A DNA stretch of 64,000 nucleotides, from NCBI GenBank assembly GCA_032718475.1, contig JAUCBJ010008077.1:62001-126000 (forward strand). The letters are read 5' to 3'. This stretch comes from Nemertoderma westbladi (lineage: Eukaryota; Animalia; Xenacoelomorpha). The stretch's first letter is position 1. Each line of letters starts with the position of its first letter. The notes beneath the pieces are model-generated. The model was not told the origin of the DNA. It made no database searches and was given only the letters and a program-made list of their open reading frames with translations. The position numbers and the translations under genes are program-made. Below, piece after piece: positions 61,960-64,000 of this stretch.

Positions 61960-64000
61960 TTTTTTTTTTTTTTTTTTTTTTTTTACATTAATATTTCTTT
62001 AATTACGGGCAAACAGGGCAAAGCCCTATATCCTGCCCTCACGGGTTTGTTACATGATACACCACCAACAAATTCATGATAAACATACTATTATTAAATA
62101 TAGATATATTATTTCTGTACAGACAGATATTTGCAGCGCATACCCAACACGAGCGCCGGTGAAAACCTCACAGTTACAATCCTAGTCATAGCTATGGCTA
62201 GTCTAGGCTATTGTATATTCCACAATTACCCTACATACATAGTTAACAAGAAGTGTAGAAGAGCAAAGTTAAATTAGATATATTACATACAACAAATAAT
62301 TGTGCGTTGTTATACTGTACGTACATATAAATAGTTCCAACACGAAAGTGAATGCTCTCAATTTATTCACAGTATATTTAGGTCCAAAAATACATTTGAT
62401 TAGAAGTGCTAATTTATTTATTAATTTGGAATTTTTTGTAGTTCTCTACACACTAGAGCCTTTATAGTTTATATTTCAACTGAGCTAAATCGTTTAGAGT
62501 CCAATATATATTTTGATACCGCATTAATAAGTTTGTTCAGATCCTTACATTTCTGGCCGTATAGGATTGATTTTAATGTGATTGGTAAGTTTAGTGAGTT
62601 TAATTTGTCAACTAGGTTATGGCGGTGACTGGTGAATTCGGTGCATGAAAAGAAAAAGTGGTCTGGTGTTTCTCTGGTATCTAATCGGCAGAACGCACAC
62701 GTAGGGTTATCACTCAGGTGTCTATTAACCATATGGTCTGCAAGACAACTACGTTCCAGGCGTAGCTGGGCCAGAATAATCTGCACCGTTCGCGTGCCGG
62801 CATTAAAATAAGGATTGTCCTTTATAGTATTGGACAAACTGGATTTAAGTAAATGTGGCAACTTTGCCTGCATAGTAGATGAAAGTGAGTTCCAGGCACT
62901 GGTTGTTGAAGGGAAAAACGAGTTAAGATACAGTGATTTATGTGCCGAGAATGAGGTAAAATTTGTTTCGTTTCGAAGTTGGTATCTGTGTCCGTCACCT
63001 ACCTGGGGTGGCAGGAGGTCAGTCAGGTATGCTGGGGCATGGCCGTGCACTATTTTACTCAGTGTTACCAAACAGTTGTTATTCCGGCGAGTAGATAAAG
63101 GTTGTATATTACACTCGTCGTACAACTTGACGTGTGATGTTCCCCGTGGTGCCCCAGTTGCCACACGTAAAACTTGCAACTCGAAGTCATCGAGTGCATC
63201 TGACTGTTCTTTTGTAATGTTACACCAGACAACATTACTATATTCTATGACCGGTCTAATATATGTTTTGTATATGGTCAGTATGGTCTGCCGTGGTAGC
63301 TTGTACTTAAGGCATTTTAAGGTTGCTAACTGTGGTGCTACCTTATCTAAGATATGTGAAACATGATCGGCCCAGGTAAGTGTAGAATTAAGTACTTCCC
63401 CTAGATGCTTGTGTGTATCTACATTATCGAGCTGTTCGCCCATGAGATATAGGCTATGCTGTAGATGTGATTTGTTGGCTGGGATGGTCATAGTATGAGT
63501 TTTATCTGGATTAAATTTAACAAACCAATTGCAGGCCCACCTGTGGAGACTATTAAGTTCTGAATTCATAAAATGAGCAGAAACTGCAGGATGGGCAATT
63601 ATACTGTAGATAGTAGTGTCATCTGCAAAAAGTGATACATTAGCTAACAGGACAGAGACTAGATCGTTGATATAAACTAGAAACAGCAAAGGTCCGAGGA
63701 TACTTCCTTGGGGGACCCCCGCTTCGATCAGCCTTAGCACTGATTCTTTTCCATCAAGTACAACCCTAAGAAATCTATTGTTCAAATAATCATAAAACCA
63801 GTTAAGGAGGTTCCCACGAATCCCCGCTCGATGTAGTTTGTATACCAGACCCCGGTGCCAGACTCGGTCGAAGGCTTTCGAAATATCACAGAAAATTATA
63901 CGAACGCCATCGCCCTCGTCCCAGGTCTGGCACCAGGAATGGTATAAATGGAGCAACTGAAAGACACAGCTGTCGCCCCTATTTCGATAAGCAACATAAA
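61960..64000 (-). mobile_element. CR1-type LINE (RT ORF 62469-63956), runs off the window
   Basis: DISKAFDRVWH, GVPQGSILGP, LFADDT, C-terminal CAFC...ETPDHFFFSC; poly(A) tail seen as a T-run at 61960-61984. Confidence 0.95.

Overview
This is eukaryotic (animal-like) DNA made almost entirely of nested transposable elements, with no recognisable host gene. Left half: a TA-flanked TIR DNA element carrying a BEN-domain ORF (623-4754) and a complete but decayed Gypsy LTR element (5581-10526; CGAGG TSD, tRNA-Trp PBS, internal gag inversion), both inserted in a degraded Helitron-like Rep locus. These are followed by Transib, RTE, APE-endonuclease, tyrosine-recombinase, LINE and Penelope remnants. 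Right half: three large BEL/Pao LTR retrotransposons (A, minus, ~34.5-49.0 kb, near-intact gag-pol; B, minus, ~27.9-34.5 kb, Gag-protease only; C, plus, 49.0-62.0 kb, decayed) and a CR1-type LINE. Main candidate system: the BEL/Pao elements carry, downstream of pol (or of Gag-PR in B) in the env position, parts of a homologous and probably spliced accessory gene encoding a DnaQ/DEDDy-like 3'-5' exonuclease joined to three CCHC zinc knuckles. C shows both parts, A the exonuclease start, B the knuckles. Element A also has nine copies of a 20-nt stem-loop kept across all three reading frames with a compensatory change, and A and B have rod-like hairpins next to candidate splice acceptors. All assignments are by eye from motifs; no database searches were run.
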